64,000 nt of DNA, from assembly GCA_963809485.1 (NCBI GenBank), contig CAWEJX010000020.1:640001-704000 (forward strand), in the 5' to 3' direction. Origin of the DNA: an uncultured Acidobacteriota bacterium (lineage in GTDB: Bacteria; Acidobacteriota; UBA6911). Position numbers and translations under genes: made by a program. Below the pieces are notes generated by a model that searched no databases, had not been told where the DNA came from, and saw only the letters and a program-made list of their open reading frames with translations. Shown piece after piece: positions 19,802 to 31,390 of the stretch (positions are counted from its first letter, which is position 1; each line of letters starts with the position of its first letter).

Positions 19802-22800
19802 GTGCAGCAAATGGCAGACTCACCGGTGAAGGCAATTGGCAGGCGCTGGCTAAGGCTGGCGGTGATCCTGCTGTCTGCGATCTTCGCAATCCTGGTATCT
19901 GCCTTTTTCCTCATCCAGACCCAAGCCGCAAAAAGCGCGCTCTTCCGCCAGCTGCAAAAATACCTGCTTGAAAGATCCGGAATTGAGCTTCAGGCTTCCG
20001 GTATCCGCGCGGACTTGATCCGGGGAGAAGCCAGCCTGGAGAATGTGACCCTCCGACATGTTTCCGTACCCGGGATGCCCCCGGTATTCAAAGCGGCCCG
20101 CATAGACATACGGGCGGACATTACCCGGCTGATTCGGGGCGTCCGCGAAATCGAGGTACTGAGGGTGACAGCGCCTGAAATTAACTACTTTGCAGACCAT
20201 TACGGCAAAAGCAATCTGCCTGAATCAAAATCCGGATCGGGGTCCGATTTCAATCTTTTCATCTCGCACGGCGAAGCAAAGGATGGAGTTCTGAGAATCC
20301 GGGACATCCGCCGCGGGATTGATTTGCAGCTTTTGAAATGGCAGATATCCGCAGACGGGGACAGCACCACACGCAGCCACCGCCTGGCCTTTGCCATCGG
20401 GCAGGAATCTACCTTCGAGTATGAGCCATACCGATTCCCGCTGCACGGACTGGCAGTACGGGCGGACCTGAAAAAAACAGGTCTTCAGGTGAATTCATTC
20501 CAGCTCGAGACCGATGGGATCCGGCTATCGGCAACCGGTCTTTTGAGCGGCTTGTCCAAGCCCGTTATGGACCTGCAGCTCAAGCCGGCTCTGGATTTGG
20601 ACAAAATCGCGCGTATTTTCAACCTATCGCCCAAAATTGAAGGCAATGTTTCAGGGAACGTATCCATCAGGGGGAACCTGGAAGATCTTCGGATCACAGC
20701 CCAGCTGAATGGCGCTTCAATAAGCGCAGCAGGATATGACCGTACAGCTTTCAACAGCACAGCAAGCGCCGAATGGTCCGCCGGCTCCAAACGGTTGCGG
20801 ATCCGGAACCTGGACCTCGCTTCGGTCGACGGATCGATAAAGGGAAACGCCGAGTTCTTTTTTGCGCCGGAAGCCGGCGTCAATTCCATCGAAGCGGACT
20901 TTCAGAATTTTGAACTTTTCCCTCTGTGGAAGATGGTCAAACCGCCTTTTGATCTGGCCAGCCGGGGTGCCGGACAGGCCGCACTCCGATGGAAAGGACC
21001 GTTTTCGGCCTCCAAAATATCCGGAAATGTCCGCCTCAATCTCTCGGCGTCCCGCACGGCTCCGGATCTGAATGTTCTGCCGATTTCGGGGAAAATCGAT
21101 GCCAAAATTCAATCAGGCCGCATTGAGGCCAATCTGAGTTCTATCGGGGTTCTGGATTCTCAGGTAAGCGGCCGGGTATCCCTGCGTTCTTTCAGGGAAA
21201 TCGAAGGCAGCATCCGGGGTTACGCACCGCACACGAATGCCATGATGACGCAGCTTTCCCAATTCCTCGGCGGAAGCGGCAGCTTTCTCAGGGACCTCCG
21301 GATGGCAGGCCCGGTTGAATTCCTGGCCTACGCCAGCGGACGATTGAAGCAGCCGAAGTTCGTCATTTCCGCGGATGCTCCCGATCTGCAGATCGGGGGA
21401 TTGGCAGGCACAAGGGCGACTGCCGGCGCAACCATTGAGGGCCCCCATATTTCTTTCGACAGCGCTCTCACACTGCCCGGCAATTCCCTCTCTTCCGTCA
21501 AGGGAACCATGGACCTCGCCGGACCCAAGCCTCTGCTGGATCTGGAAGCTCGCACAGAAAGAATTCAGGCGGCCTCGATTCTGTCTATCCTGGGGAGCGA
21601 AGTACCCGTGGAGGGTTTTTTCGACGCGGAGCTGCAATTGAACGGAAATTTGGACGGCCTGGCCGGCACGGCTCAGGTTGCAGGCACCGAATTGCTTCTA
21701 TACCGGGAACCGCTCGGGCGACTGGATGCAGGTCTGAAAATTTCCGGCACCAAAATAGAATCCACCCAAATCAGGTTGCACCAGAATCCGGAAAACCCCG
21801 AGGCCGGCATCCTCGACGCAGACTTCGCCTACGACCTGGATTCCGGCCAATTCGAGTTTCAGGCCGACGGCAGGGGTATGTCCATCACGCAGCTCAAGCT
21901 GCCCGGGAGATACCCCGTACAGGGTGTTTTTGCAGTTGCTGCTTCGGGAACCGGAACACTCGATCAACCTTCGGTGGATATCAGTCTGAATACCGGCGAT
22001 GCGCACCTCCGGCAGATACCTCTCGGGCCGCTGTCTATTGAGGGTTCTCTGAGGGAGGGACAGTTCACAATCGGCGCCGCTGCTCCGCGTTTCAATATCG
22101 ACTCCACGGCTCAAATCGGGGTTCACGATCCATATCCCTATAGTGGTGAGATAAGGCTCGGGAATTCCGATCTATCGCTGCTTGGATTGAAAGGGGCAAG
22201 CGGACAGCTTCTGTCGGGCACTGTGGAAGCATTGGTCACTGGTTCAGGGAAACTGAGCGAGCCTTCAGCCGCACGCGTATCCGCCAGGATTCAGAGCCTT
22301 AAATTGGAGGCCGGAGCTCTGAATGTCCATACAAAGGGCCTCACAACAGCGGAATATCGGGACGGTTCGCTCGAAATCAGCCCTGCGGCAACGCTCGCCA
22401 GCGGGAATTCATCGCTTCAAATTGCCGGCAGGGTACCGCTAAGGCAGACGGCCCCGGACGGTTCTTTGACGCTTAAGGGCGAGCTCGATCTGGCTCAGGC
22501 TGCAGGATTTGCACCCACATCCAAGGGTTTCAACGTCACGGGCATCATGAACCTCGAGCTTGCATTGATGGGGAATCCTCGCAATCTGAGAGGCGAAGGC
22601 AGGGTAGCATTGGTCGGCGGAACAATGCAATTGCCAGGGATTTCAACGCCGCTGACGGACATAGGGCTCAGAGCAGACCTGAGGGAGGGCACCATTGTTT
22701 TGCAGCAGGCTGAGGCCGCCTGGGGTGACGGCAAAATAGCCTTGACAGGAGAATACCCGCTGGGCCTGCTGCCTCAAAATATCCCTGTCCAGTTCATGCG

Positions 22801-25800
22801 CAAGCAAGGTCCCGCCAGCTTTAATTTCGACCTGATGCGCATCCGGCCAGAGTCAACCGGGTTACTCCCGCCGGGAGTAACCGGATTGATTTCCGTGCAC
22901 GCCGCCATCCGGGCAGCAAGCCCGGACCTGCGCGCGCTCGACGCCAGGATTGACTTTGGCGAATTAAGCCTGCAGGTCAAAGGAGTCCCACTGAACCAGT
23001 CAGCGCCATCCACAATATTTGTCCGCGACGGAATTGCCTCCATCTCCAGTTTTTCGCTGAACGGGCCGGAAACACGCATCGATGTAGGCGGATCGGCCGG
23101 TATTCTGCCGGACGGCCCGCTGAACATAAAGCTGTCCGGGGACGTGGACCCCGGGCTGCTTTCGCTGGTAAAGGATCTGAAGGCGACCGGGAAACTTCAG
23201 GTCCAGGTTGTAACGGCCGGCACCTTGAAGTCCCCCACCTTTTCCGGACAGGTCGGAATGGACGGCGGGAGACTGAGCCTCCGGGAACCGCGCATCGTGG
23301 CCGACAGCCTGACTGCCCGCCTCGGCTTCACTCCGGACAAGATTTCCATCCAACGGTTTTCCGGCACCCTAAACGGCGGAATGGTGGACGCAAAGGGAAC
23401 GATCGGATATCGCCATGGAATCCTGAATGATTTCGACGTAAAGGTAAATTTTCAGGATTTTTTCCTCGACTTCCCCAAAGGTTTGAAATCGGCTTCCAAC
23501 GGAAATCTCACAATCACGTCAGCGGGAGAAGCGATCCTGGCGAGCGGAAATGTTCAGGTTCTGGAAAGCTCCTACAGAGAACCTTTCGCAGTCGGCGGCC
23601 AGCTGATGAGCTACCTGAAATCCCAGCAGATTATTTCGACAGCCAGCAAGACCCCTTCACTTCTGGATCGAATCCGCCTCGATATAACACTGCAGGCTGA
23701 GACGCCGTTGCTGGTGCAGAACAACATCGCTAGAGTGGAAGCGGATGCCAATCTCAAACTGGTTGGCAGATTCCGCGAGCCGTCGTTGATCGGTAGAGCC
23801 GCTCTTTATGAGGGCGGCGAAATAATCATGAATCAGCGATTTTATTATATCGACCGGGGAACCATCACTCTGAACAATCAGGCACGCATCGATCCGGAAT
23901 TGGATGTGCAGGCTCAGACCAAGGTAGGGGATTACGACATTACGCTCCAGTTGACGGGACCCCTCGAAAGGCTCGTGACCACATTAACATCAGAACCACC
24001 TCTCTCGGAACCCGATATCCTATCTTTGCTCCTGACGGGCAGAACAGCTTCGAACACAGAGGTACAAGGAGAGGAAGTCCGCATGGCCAGGACACAGGCG
24101 CTGTCGCTGCTTGCCGGGCAGGCGGGGGGAGAGATCGCGCGCGGCGCCCAGCAGGCGCTGCACCTCAGCACCGTTCGCATCGATCCGGGCCTGATTGCGT
24201 CTGAACCCGATGCGGGAACTTGGTTAACCCTGGGTGAGGATATCACCAAAGACCTGAGCTTTGGATACTCGATGAACCTGGTCAACGCAGGAGAACAGGC
24301 CTGGGCCGCTCAATATAAAATCACACGAAGGTTCACTACACAGGCCACCCGGCAGTCGGATAACGCCTACAGGTTCGAAATCCGGCAGGATCTGCATTTT
24401 GGCGGGGCGCCCGGATCCGAAGCTTCCAGGAAGACTGCGCGAAAATTCGTCATCGGCTCCATTGAATTCCAGGGCGGGTCTCCCTATCCCGACAAGGTTC
24501 TTCTGGACCAGATGAAAATCAAGCCAGGTGACAAGTACGATTTCGCAAAAATTCAGAAAGGGCTGGACGGCCTGCAGGAATTTATGACCAAAGAGAAAAG
24601 GCTGGAGTCCGATATAAGGCTTCACCGGGACACCGGACCGCAGACCATCGATCTGCGGCTGAACCTGGACCCGGGCCCTACTGTAGATTTTATATTTGAT
24701 GGGGCGTCCATTTCAAAAGACACACGGCAGAAGGTCGAGCAAGCCTGGCGCGATGGCGTTTTCAGCGTTGAAAGGCTGGACGAAGCAATACTGGCTATCC
24801 GCAGGCCCCTTCTCCGGGAAGGATTCCTTCAATCGGAAGTGACCTATCGGCTCGAGGCGGAAGACCAGCAAATACGTGTGCACTTCAAAATAACTCCAGG
24901 GCCTCGATTCACCCGCATCGAGCTCTATTTTCCCGGCGCCTCGGGAATCAGCGCCTCCGAACTGGACAGGATTCTGGAATGGGCCGATTTGAAACTGGAA
25001 ATCCATGCAAATCCGCAAAAGGTCGTGGATTTTCTTACAGCGTACTACCGGGAGCGGGGCTATCTCCAGGCCCGCGTGGAAACGCCCCAGCCGCAACTGG
25101 AACCGCAAACCGGAACCGGGAAAATCGCCGTGTCTATTGAGGAAGGGCCTCTGTTCCTGATCGGCGATCTGAATTTCAAAGGGAATCGGGTATTTGACTA
25201 CGATCAGCTTTGGAGTGTGATCCCGACTTCAAGCGGCAGCAGCTACGATCCCAATACGCTTCAGGATGCGATCCGGGCGATTGAGGATCTTTATCACAAA
25301 AACGGCTATAACGACGTTACCAGCACATTCCGCGTCGTCCAGGATTCCAGGGCCCCCCGCGCCCATCTCACATTCGAAATTAATGAAAACCGTCAGTCCA
25401 TCATCCGGGACATCGTCATTGAAGGGAATCGTGACACAAGTGAAAACTTCATCCTGAGGCAACTGGGGTTCCGGCTCGGGGAAGCCCTGGATTACCTGAA
25501 GGTCAATGAGACGCGAAAACGTCTCTACAACACAGGTGTCTACGCCCTGGTGGATTTCCAGACTGAGGAATTCCCCGCATCCGCGCCCGATTCAGCGGCA
25601 AAGGATGTGCGCATCCGCATACGGATTGAGGAGATCAAACCTTATCGCCTGCAGTACGGGCTATTTTACGATACGGATCGCGGGATGGGAGGTCTTCTGG
25701 AAGTGCAGGACCGCAACCTGATGGGCCAAGCATCAAATGTTGGTATGAGGATTCGCTATGATTCGGACCTGCAGGAAGGACGTCTATATTTTCATCAGCC

Positions 25801-26671
25801 CTTTGTCACGAAAATTCACGTCAGAACGGACGCAACAGCATTCGCGCTGAAGGAGGTTCGGCCGGCGTTTAATGCCCGAAGGATCGGGTTTTCTCTGTCC
25901 CGGGAAGAAAGGCTTCCGAAAGAATACCTGTTCACGTACGGCTACCGGTACGATCATGTGCGTTGGAACGGGTACCCGCCCGATCCGCAGTATTTTCAGG
26001 CGAGTGACCCTGTGGCGCGGGTCATCGGTACTCTGACACGGGATACAAGGGACAGCATCCTTGATGCGGCGCGTGGCGAATTTTCTTCGCACAGTCTCGA
26101 ATACGGACCGGAGTGGCTGGGGTCTGAAGTGGGTTTCATCCGTTATTACGGGCAATATTTCAGGTACGTGCCGCTGGACAAGTTTCTAAAAATCCAGAGC
26201 AAGGACAAGCAAGGACAGCCAGCTACGACGAAACTTGTTTATGCCGGCGCTTTACGGCTCGGATTGACAACTGCGTTCGAACACCAAACCGTCATTTCCC
26301 CGGAGCGCTTTTTCGCCGGTGGCGGCACGACCATGAGAGGATTCGAGCAGGATCTCCTGGGGCCGCAAGAAACTGTGGTGATCGACGGGAAAAATGTCCA
26401 AAGGCCGACTGGCGGCGAAGCCCTGTTTCTGTTCAATAATGAATTACGCTTCCCAATTCTGGGGATCCTGCATGGAGTCGGTTTTGCGGACATCGGGAAT
26501 GTCTATCCGAGAGTTTCCGACTTTGACTTCAGCATGCGCAAAACGGCGGGCTTCGGCCTGCGCCTCAAGATCAAGTTCATCCCTCTGCGCTTCGATTACG
26601 GGTGGAAGCTCGACCGCCGTCCGGGAGAAAGCAAAGGCGCCTTTTTCTTCAGCATTGGCCAGGCCTTTTAG
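19802..26671 (+). CDS. TamB/AsmA-like protein fused to POTRA domains and an Omp85 (TamA/BamA) beta-barrel
   Basis: N-terminal TM anchor; long beta-rich AsmA-like region; DUF490-like end near 24400; repeated POTRA motifs (YYRERGYLQA, YHKNGY, LYNTGVY); FFAGGGTTMRGF; terminal FFFSIGQAF. Confidence 0.9.
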   Translation: MQQMADSPVKAIGRRWLRLAVILLSAIFAILVSAFFLIQTQAAKSALFRQLQKYLLERSGIELQASGIRADLIRGEASLENVTLRHVSVPGMPPVFKAARIDIRADITRLIRGVREIEVLRVTAPEINYFADHYGKSNLPESKSGSGSDFNLFISHGEAKDGVLRIRDIRRGIDLQLLKWQISADGDSTTRSHRLAFAIGQESTFEYEPYRFPLHGLAVRADLKKTGLQVNSFQLETDGIRLSATGLLSGLSKPVMDLQLKPALDLDKIARIFNLSPKIEGNVSGNVSIRGNLEDLRITAQLNGASISAAGYDRTAFNSTASAEWSAGSKRLRIRNLDLASVDGSIKGNAEFFFAPEAGVNSIEADFQNFELFPLWKMVKPPFDLASRGAGQAALRWKGPFSASKISGNVRLNLSASRTAPDLNVLPISGKIDAKIQSGRIEANLSSIGVLDSQVSGRVSLRSFREIEGSIRGYAPHTNAMMTQLSQFLGGSGSFLRDLRMAGPVEFLAYASGRLKQPKFVISADAPDLQIGGLAGTRATAGATIEGPHISFDSALTLPGNSLSSVKGTMDLAGPKPLLDLEARTERIQAASILSILGSEVPVEGFFDAELQLNGNLDGLAGTAQVAGTELLLYREPLGRLDAGLKISGTKIESTQIRLHQNPENPEAGILDADFAYDLDSGQFEFQADGRGMSITQLKLPGRYPVQGVFAVAASGTGTLDQPSVDISLNTGDAHLRQIPLGPLSIEGSLREGQFTIGAAAPRFNIDSTAQIGVHDPYPYSGEIRLGNSDLSLLGLKGASGQLLSGTVEALVTGSGKLSEPSAARVSARIQSLKLEAGALNVHTKGLTTAEYRDGSLEISPAATLASGNSSLQIAGRVPLRQTAPDGSLTLKGELDLAQAAGFAPTSKGFNVTGIMNLELALMGNPRNLRGEGRVALVGGTMQLPGISTPLTDIGLRADLREGTIVLQQAEAAWGDGKIALTGEYPLGLLPQNIPVQFMRKQGPASFNFDLMRIRPESTGLLPPGVTGLISVHAAIRAASPDLRALDARIDFGELSLQVKGVPLNQSAPSTIFVRDGIASISSFSLNGPETRIDVGGSAGILPDGPLNIKLSGDVDPGLLSLVKDLKATGKLQVQVVTAGTLKSPTFSGQVGMDGGRLSLREPRIVADSLTARLGFTPDKISIQRFSGTLNGGMVDAKGTIGYRHGILNDFDVKVNFQDFFLDFPKGLKSASNGNLTITSAGEAILASGNVQVLESSYREPFAVGGQLMSYLKSQQIISTASKTPSLLDRIRLDITLQAETPLLVQNNIARVEADANLKLVGRFREPSLIGRAALYEGGEIIMNQRFYYIDRGTITLNNQARIDPELDVQAQTKVGDYDITLQLTGPLERLVTTLTSEPPLSEPDILSLLLTGRTASNTEVQGEEVRMARTQALSLLAGQAGGEIARGAQQALHLSTVRIDPGLIASEPDAGTWLTLGEDITKDLSFGYSMNLVNAGEQAWAAQYKITRRFTTQATRQSDNAYRFEIRQDLHFGGAPGSEASRKTARKFVIGSIEFQGGSPYPDKVLLDQMKIKPGDKYDFAKIQKGLDGLQEFMTKEKRLESDIRLHRDTGPQTIDLRLNLDPGPTVDFIFDGASISKDTRQKVEQAWRDGVFSVERLDEAILAIRRPLLREGFLQSEVTYRLEAEDQQIRVHFKITPGPRFTRIELYFPGASGISASELDRILEWADLKLEIHANPQKVVDFLTAYYRERGYLQARVETPQPQLEPQTGTGKIAVSIEEGPLFLIGDLNFKGNRVFDYDQLWSVIPTSSGSSYDPNTLQDAIRAIEDLYHKNGYNDVTSTFRVVQDSRAPRAHLTFEINENRQSIIRDIVIEGNRDTSENFILRQLGFRLGEALDYLKVNETRKRLYNTGVYALVDFQTEEFPASAPDSAAKDVRIRIRIEEIKPYRLQYGLFYDTDRGMGGLLEVQDRNLMGQASNVGMRIRYDSDLQEGRLYFHQPFVTKIHVRTDATAFALKEVRPAFNARRIGFSLSREERLPKEYLFTYGYRYDHVRWNGYPPDPQYFQASDPVARVIGTLTRDTRDSILDAARGEFSSHSLEYGPEWLGSEVGFIRYYGQYFRYVPLDKFLKIQSKDKQGQPATTKLVYAGALRLGLTTAFEHQTVISPERFFAGGGTTMRGFEQDLLGPQETVVIDGKNVQRPTGGEALFLFNNELRFPILGILHGVGFADIGNVYPRVSDFDFSMRKTAGFGLRLKIKFIPLRFDYGWKLDRRPGESKGAFFFSIGQAF

Positions 26672-26800
26672 CGGGCATTCCTCCCACGATTTCGAGACGA
26701 GGGGGCGCGATAGGCCTGTATCCAAGGCGCAGGATTTTTGAAAAGAACCCTCCGGATCCAATGAGTAGCTGCTTCGAGGACATCCCAAAACGGCTGTCGT

Positions 26801-26856
26801 CCCTTTGCCCCTCGACCCCTTGGATCCTTCGTTCCTTGGATCCTTGGATCCTTCTT
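26801..26856. repeat. Tandem 8-bp repeat (YCCTTGGA-like, 7 units)
   Basis: CCCTTTGC CCCTCGAC CCCTTGGA TCCTTCGT TCCTTGGA TCCTTGGA TCCTTCTT, between convergent genes. Confidence 0.7.
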
Positions 26857-26891
26857 TCAGCGGCCTCTCCCTCAACTGCGCAGCCTGTGGA

Positions 26892-29780
26892 CTACTTTTG
26901 GTATTCCTCGACCGGAGGGCAGACGCACACCGGATTGCGGTCCCCGTAAACATTGTCGATCCGCCCCACCGGCGGCCAAAATTTCTGCTCACGCGTCCAC
27001 GGCGCCGGCAAGGCCGCCTCCTGACGAGTATAGGGATGGCGCCATGCCTCGACCAGCAGGGACGCGGCGCTATGCGGAGCATTTTTGAGCAGGTTGTCCT
27101 GCGAATCCGCCTTGCCCTGTTCTATTGCGGAAATTTCGCCGCGTATCGCTATCATCGCTTCGCAGAAACGGTCGAGTTCCTCCCTGGACTCGCTCTCGGT
27201 CGGCTCGACCATCATGGTGCCCGGTACGGGGAAGGAGACTGTCGGAGCGTGAAAGCCATAATCCATCAACCGCTTTGCCACGTCATCGACCTCGATGCCC
27301 GCGCTTTTTTTCAAAGACCGCAGATCCAGGATGCACTCGTGGGCGACAAATCCGTGCGCGCCCTTGTAAAGGACAGGGTAGTAGGGATCGAGTCTCTTCG
27401 CTATGTAATTGGCGTTGAGAATCGCATAGCAGGTGGCCTCCTTCAGACCTTCGGCACCCATCAAGTCGATGTAGGCCCAGGAGATGGGCAGAATTCCGGC
27501 ACTGCCCCAGGGTGCGGAAGAAACGGCTCCTACTCCGTCTTGGCCGCCGGTTGCGATGACAGAATGCGAGGGCAAATAGTCCGCCAGATGGGAAGCAACC
27601 GCTATGGGCCCCACGCCGGGGCCGCCGCCGCCGTGCGGGATGCTGAAGGTTTTGTGCAGGTTCAGATGGCATACGTCCGCCCCGATCTCCGCGGGGCGGC
27701 ACACACCGACCTGCGCATTCATGTTGGCGCCATCCATATAGACCTGGCCGCCGCAGGCATGGATGATCTCGCAGATCTCATGGATGGCCTCCTCGAAAAC
27801 GCCGTGGGTGGAGGGATAAGTGACCATGAGCGCAGCCAGCTCTTTCTGATGCTTCGCGGCTTTATCTCTGAGGTCCGCCAGATCGATGTTGCCGTTTTCG
27901 TCGCATGCCACGACTACAACTTTCAACCCGGCCATTACGGCGCTGGCAGGATTTGTTCCGTGGGCCGATTGCGGAATGAGACAGACGTCCCGATTCCCTT
28001 CTCCCCGCTTTTCGTGATATCTGCGGATCACCAGGAGCCCGGAATATTCGCCCTGCGAACCAGCATTCGGCTGCAGGGAAACCGCAGGCAGTCCGGTTAT
28101 ATCGCCAAGCCAATCCTGCAGCTGCTTGAACAGCTGCTGATATCCTTTCGCCTGGTCCGGCGGCGCGAACGGATGGATTCTGCTGAATTCCGGCCAGGTG
28201 ATCGGAATCATTTCCGCCGTCGCATTGAGCTTCATTGTGCAGGAGCCAAGGGGGATCATCGATGCATTGAGCGCGAGGTCGCGGCTTTCCAGGCGGTGCA
28301 CGTAGCGCAGGAATTCCGTTTCCGAGCGATGACGATGAAACACAGGGTGCGTCAGATAGGAGCTTCTGCGCGCAAGCGGTTCCGGGTATTCGGGTGGAGC
28401 CTGATTCATCAGATCATCCAGCTCGAAGGCTACCGGACCGGGCGGCGAAAAAACCGAAAGCAAATCCGTAAGATCTCCGGCTGAGACGGTCTCATTCAGG
28501 CTGATGCCGATTACGGTTTCATTCAAGCGACGCAGATTCATGCCCCGCTTTTGCGCCGAGTCCAGCAGCCGCTCCGTATCCAAGGGACCGGTTTCCACAT
28601 ATAGAGTGTCGAAAAAAGGATCGGGCCCGATTTTGAAGCCAAGTCTTTTCAATCCCCGTCCAAGAACTGCTGTAAGAAAATGGATGCGCTGGGCAATCTT
28701 CTTCAGTCCATCGGGACCGTGATATACGGCATACATGCTTGCCATGATTGCCAGCAGAACCTGGGCGGTGCAGATGTTGCTCGTGGCTTTATCGCGGCGG
28801 ATGTGCTGCTCCCGGGTCTGCAGGGCCAGGCGGACCGCAGAGTTACCCAATGCGTCTTTGGATAAGCCGACGATGCGCCCCGGCATCTGCCTTTTGTAGT
28901 TTTCGCGAGTCGCAAAAAATGCGGCATGCGGCCCGCCGTATCCCAGGGGGACGCCAAATCGCTGCGAATTCCCGACCGCAATGTCCGCGCCGAATTCTCC
29001 GGGAGGTCGCAGCAGCGTCAGCGCCAGCAGGTCGGCGGCAACCGTAACCAGAGCGCCTGCCTGATGCGCTCGTTCCACAAAACCGGAGTAGTTCGCAATT
29101 GCGCCGTCGTTTGCAGGGTATTGCAGCAAAGCGCCGAAAACGGATGGGACAAAATCGAAGGTCGCATGGTCTCCGACTATGACCTGGATTTCCCGGGCTC
29201 GGGCACGCGTCCGGACCACTTCAATAGTCTGGGGATGGCACGCCTCCGAAACAAAAAATGCGTTGCCCTCGGTTTTGGAGAGGCTGAAGCTCATGCTCAT
29301 CGCCTCTGCCGCGGCGGTTCCCTCGTCCAGAAGCGACGCGTTGGCGATATCGAGAGCCGTCAGGTCCGCGATCATCGTCTGAAAATTCAAAAGAGCTTCG
29401 AGCCGTCCTTGCGCGATTTCTGCCTGATAGGGGGTGTATTGCGTATACCATCCCGGGCTCTCAAGGATGTTCCGCTGAATGACGGGCGGGGTGATACAGT
29501 CGTGATATCCCATGCCGATGAATGAGCGAAGGATCCGGTTCTGCGAAGCTATATCCCGCAGCCGCTCAAGCATCGAATATTCACTGTGGGGATCGCCGAT
29601 TCGAAGAATTTCCGGCAGGCGGATGGATGGAGGAACCGTCTTTTCAATCAAAGCCTCCATCCCGTTCAGTCCCAGGAAATCCAGCATCTCCCGGGCATCT
29701 TCCGGCCGGGGACCGATATGTCTGCGGACAAATAAATCGGTTGTTTCATGAGCATTCATGACAGTATTTTTTGGTGACAT
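26892..29780 (-). CDS. gcvP: Glycine dehydrogenase (decarboxylating), single-chain P protein
   Basis: [43 protein letters not shown] and HLNLHKTF (PLP Lys) motifs; start codon uncertain. Confidence 0.97.
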   Translation of the reverse strand: MSPKNTVMNAHETTDLFVRRHIGPRPEDAREMLDFLGLNGMEALIEKTVPPSIRLPEILRIGDPHSEYSMLERLRDIASQNRILRSFIGMGYHDCITPPVIQRNILESPGWYTQYTPYQAEIAQGRLEALLNFQTMIADLTALDIANASLLDEGTAAAEAMSMSFSLSKTEGNAFFVSEACHPQTIEVVRTRARAREIQVIVGDHATFDFVPSVFGALLQYPANDGAIANYSGFVERAHQAGALVTVAADLLALTLLRPPGEFGADIAVGNSQRFGVPLGYGGPHAAFFATRENYKRQMPGRIVGLSKDALGNSAVRLALQTREQHIRRDKATSNICTAQVLLAIMASMYAVYHGPDGLKKIAQRIHFLTAVLGRGLKRLGFKIGPDPFFDTLYVETGPLDTERLLDSAQKRGMNLRRLNETVIGISLNETVSAGDLTDLLSVFSPPGPVAFELDDLMNQAPPEYPEPLARRSSYLTHPVFHRHRSETEFLRYVHRLESRDLALNASMIPLGSCTMKLNATAEMIPITWPEFSRIHPFAPPDQAKGYQQLFKQLQDWLGDITGLPAVSLQPNAGSQGEYSGLLVIRRYHEKRGEGNRDVCLIPQSAHGTNPASAVMAGLKVVVVACDENGNIDLADLRDKAAKHQKELAALMVTYPSTHGVFEEAIHEICEIIHACGGQVYMDGANMNAQVGVCRPAEIGADVCHLNLHKTFSIPHGGGGPGVGPIAVASHLADYLPSHSVIATGGQDGVGAVSSAPWGSAGILPISWAYIDLMGAEGLKEATCYAILNANYIAKRLDPYYPVLYKGAHGFVAHECILDLRSLKKSAGIEVDDVAKRLMDYGFHAPTVSFPVPGTMMVEPTESESREELDRFCEAMIAIRGEISAIEQGKADSQDNLLKNAPHSAASLLVEAWRHPYTRQEAALPAPWTREQKFWPPVGRIDNVYGDRNPVCVCPPVEEYQK

Positions 29781-29948
29781 AGTCATTCCCAATAACAAAG
29801 GATTGTCTTGTTAAACCCTGCGGTATGAATATTCACACTTTCCGATGCCGCAAGCAAATCCTGAATGCCCTGACATGGAGAGGGAACGCCAGGTTCGCAC
29901 GCGGAGGCGCGGAGTTCACAGAGATGAAAGTTAAACGCGTTTGGGCCG

Positions 29949-31088
29949 CTATTCGAACTGCAGGTTGCGCTCGAAGTCCGCGGCGGAGGTGGCCGCAGCC
30001 TTGGCGGTTTCCAGGCTGATCAGCTCCTTTCGATAGAGATCGGTCAGATGCTGGTCGAAGGTTTGCATTTTATAAAACTCGCGCCCCTTCTCAATGTATT
30101 CCTTGATCATGTAGGTTTTTGACGGTTCGGCGATGCATTCCTGAATGGTTTTGGTCTGGCGCATCACTTCGCAGGCCACCACGCGCCCGGTGCCGTCGGC
30201 TCTTTGAAGCAGACGCTGGGATATGACCGCCAGCAGCGTTTCGCTCAGCCTCAATCGAGCCGAGGCCTGCTCCGACGGATCGAAGACGCTCAGGATTCGG
30301 GAAATCGTTCTGGGCGCGTCGGTGGTGTGGACCGTGGACAATACCAGGTGTCCGGTTTCGGCAGCCTTGATCGCAATATCGATGGTTTCCTTGTCGCGCA
30401 TCTCCCCGACCAGAATGATGTCCGGATCCTGGCGCAGCGCAGCGCGCAAGGCCTTGGCAAAGCTTTCTGTATCGGATCCGCATTCGCGCTGGGCGATGCT
30501 GCATTTGTCGTCCCGGTAGAGGAATTCGATCGGGTCCTCGATGGTGACAATCTTGCAGTGTTTGTTCTGATTTATCAGATTGATCATGGCCGCCAGAGTG
30601 GTGGATTTGCCGCTGCCGGTTATGCCCGTCACCAGCACCAGGCCGCGTTCCGCCAGGGCAATTTCTGCCAGCACGGGAGGCAGCCGCAGACCCTCGATGG
30701 TGGGAAGCACATATGGGATATGGCGAAGGACCAGGGCCAAAGATCGCCGCTGGCTGGAAATGTTGACCCGGTACCGACCGAGTCCCGGCACCGAGTAGGA
30801 ACAGTCATAATCGGTGAGAGTTTCCACCATTTGGGCAAGGCTTTCTCTGGTGCATTTGCGGCCCGCCAGCAGAATGCCTCCGGCAATGGAAGCAATTTCG
30901 CTGGGCGTCAGCGGTCCGGCTTCCGGGAGAGGTACCAGCTTCCCAAGGATGCGGATTCTGAAGCCGCTTCCAACCGATACGTGAAGATCGCTGGCCTCTT
31001 TTTCCGCCATGATCTTCAGGACGCTGTTAAAGCGCTCAAACGCGTTGAGCGGAGCCCGATATTCAGCCTGTATGCTCGCGGTCGACAT
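29949..31088 (-). CDS. PilT/PilU-family type IV pilus retraction ATPase
   Basis: ASDLH, Walker A GITGSGKST, TIEDPIE, LRQDPDIILVGEMRD, AETGHLVLSTVHT and MQTFDQ motifs. Confidence 0.93.
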   Translation of the reverse strand: MSTASIQAEYRAPLNAFERFNSVLKIMAEKEASDLHVSVGSGFRIRILGKLVPLPEAGPLTPSEIASIAGGILLAGRKCTRESLAQMVETLTDYDCSYSVPGLGRYRVNISSQRRSLALVLRHIPYVLPTIEGLRLPPVLAEIALAERGLVLVTGITGSGKSTTLAAMINLINQNKHCKIVTIEDPIEFLYRDDKCSIAQRECGSDTESFAKALRAALRQDPDIILVGEMRDKETIDIAIKAAETGHLVLSTVHTTDAPRTISRILSVFDPSEQASARLRLSETLLAVISQRLLQRADGTGRVVACEVMRQTKTIQECIAEPSKTYMIKEYIEKGREFYKMQTFDQHLTDLYRKELISLETAKAAATSAADFERNLQFE

Positions 31089-31390
31089 AGTCGTCCTAAT
31101 TATCGACAAAATCACCAAATAGGAATATATCCCCGGTGAAATATTTTTCCGACTGCCGGATTTTTCTCTGCGGCAGCAACGGTCTGAGGGCTGAAATTCA
31201 TTTTCCCAATGGTGGCGCGACGGGCGGATATCTGCTATTTTCCCCCGTGGCAATATGCGGTTGAAATGGGTATCGTGCGGCAGAGGCGGTAGATCTCCCA
31301 ATGGATTAGTAGTCTCAGCCGAATCTTGGATGTGATGGGGTGGGAGGCAGACTCCTTCCGGCTGAAGCATGGAGCAGCGGTAAGCAAACT

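Noticed and set aside
26805-28484. 559-aa plus-strand ORF
   Set aside because: Antisense shadow of gcvP, expected from GC-rich codon bias
29800-29945. Glycine riboswitch upstream of gcvP
   Set aside because: No GGAGA...CCGAAG...CTCTCAGG aptamer pattern; only a 9-bp-period repeat is present
31315-31366. TCAGCCG...CGGCTGA hairpin upstream of the sulfatase maturase as a riboswitch
   Set aside because: A single 7-bp stem with no recognisable aptamer consensus
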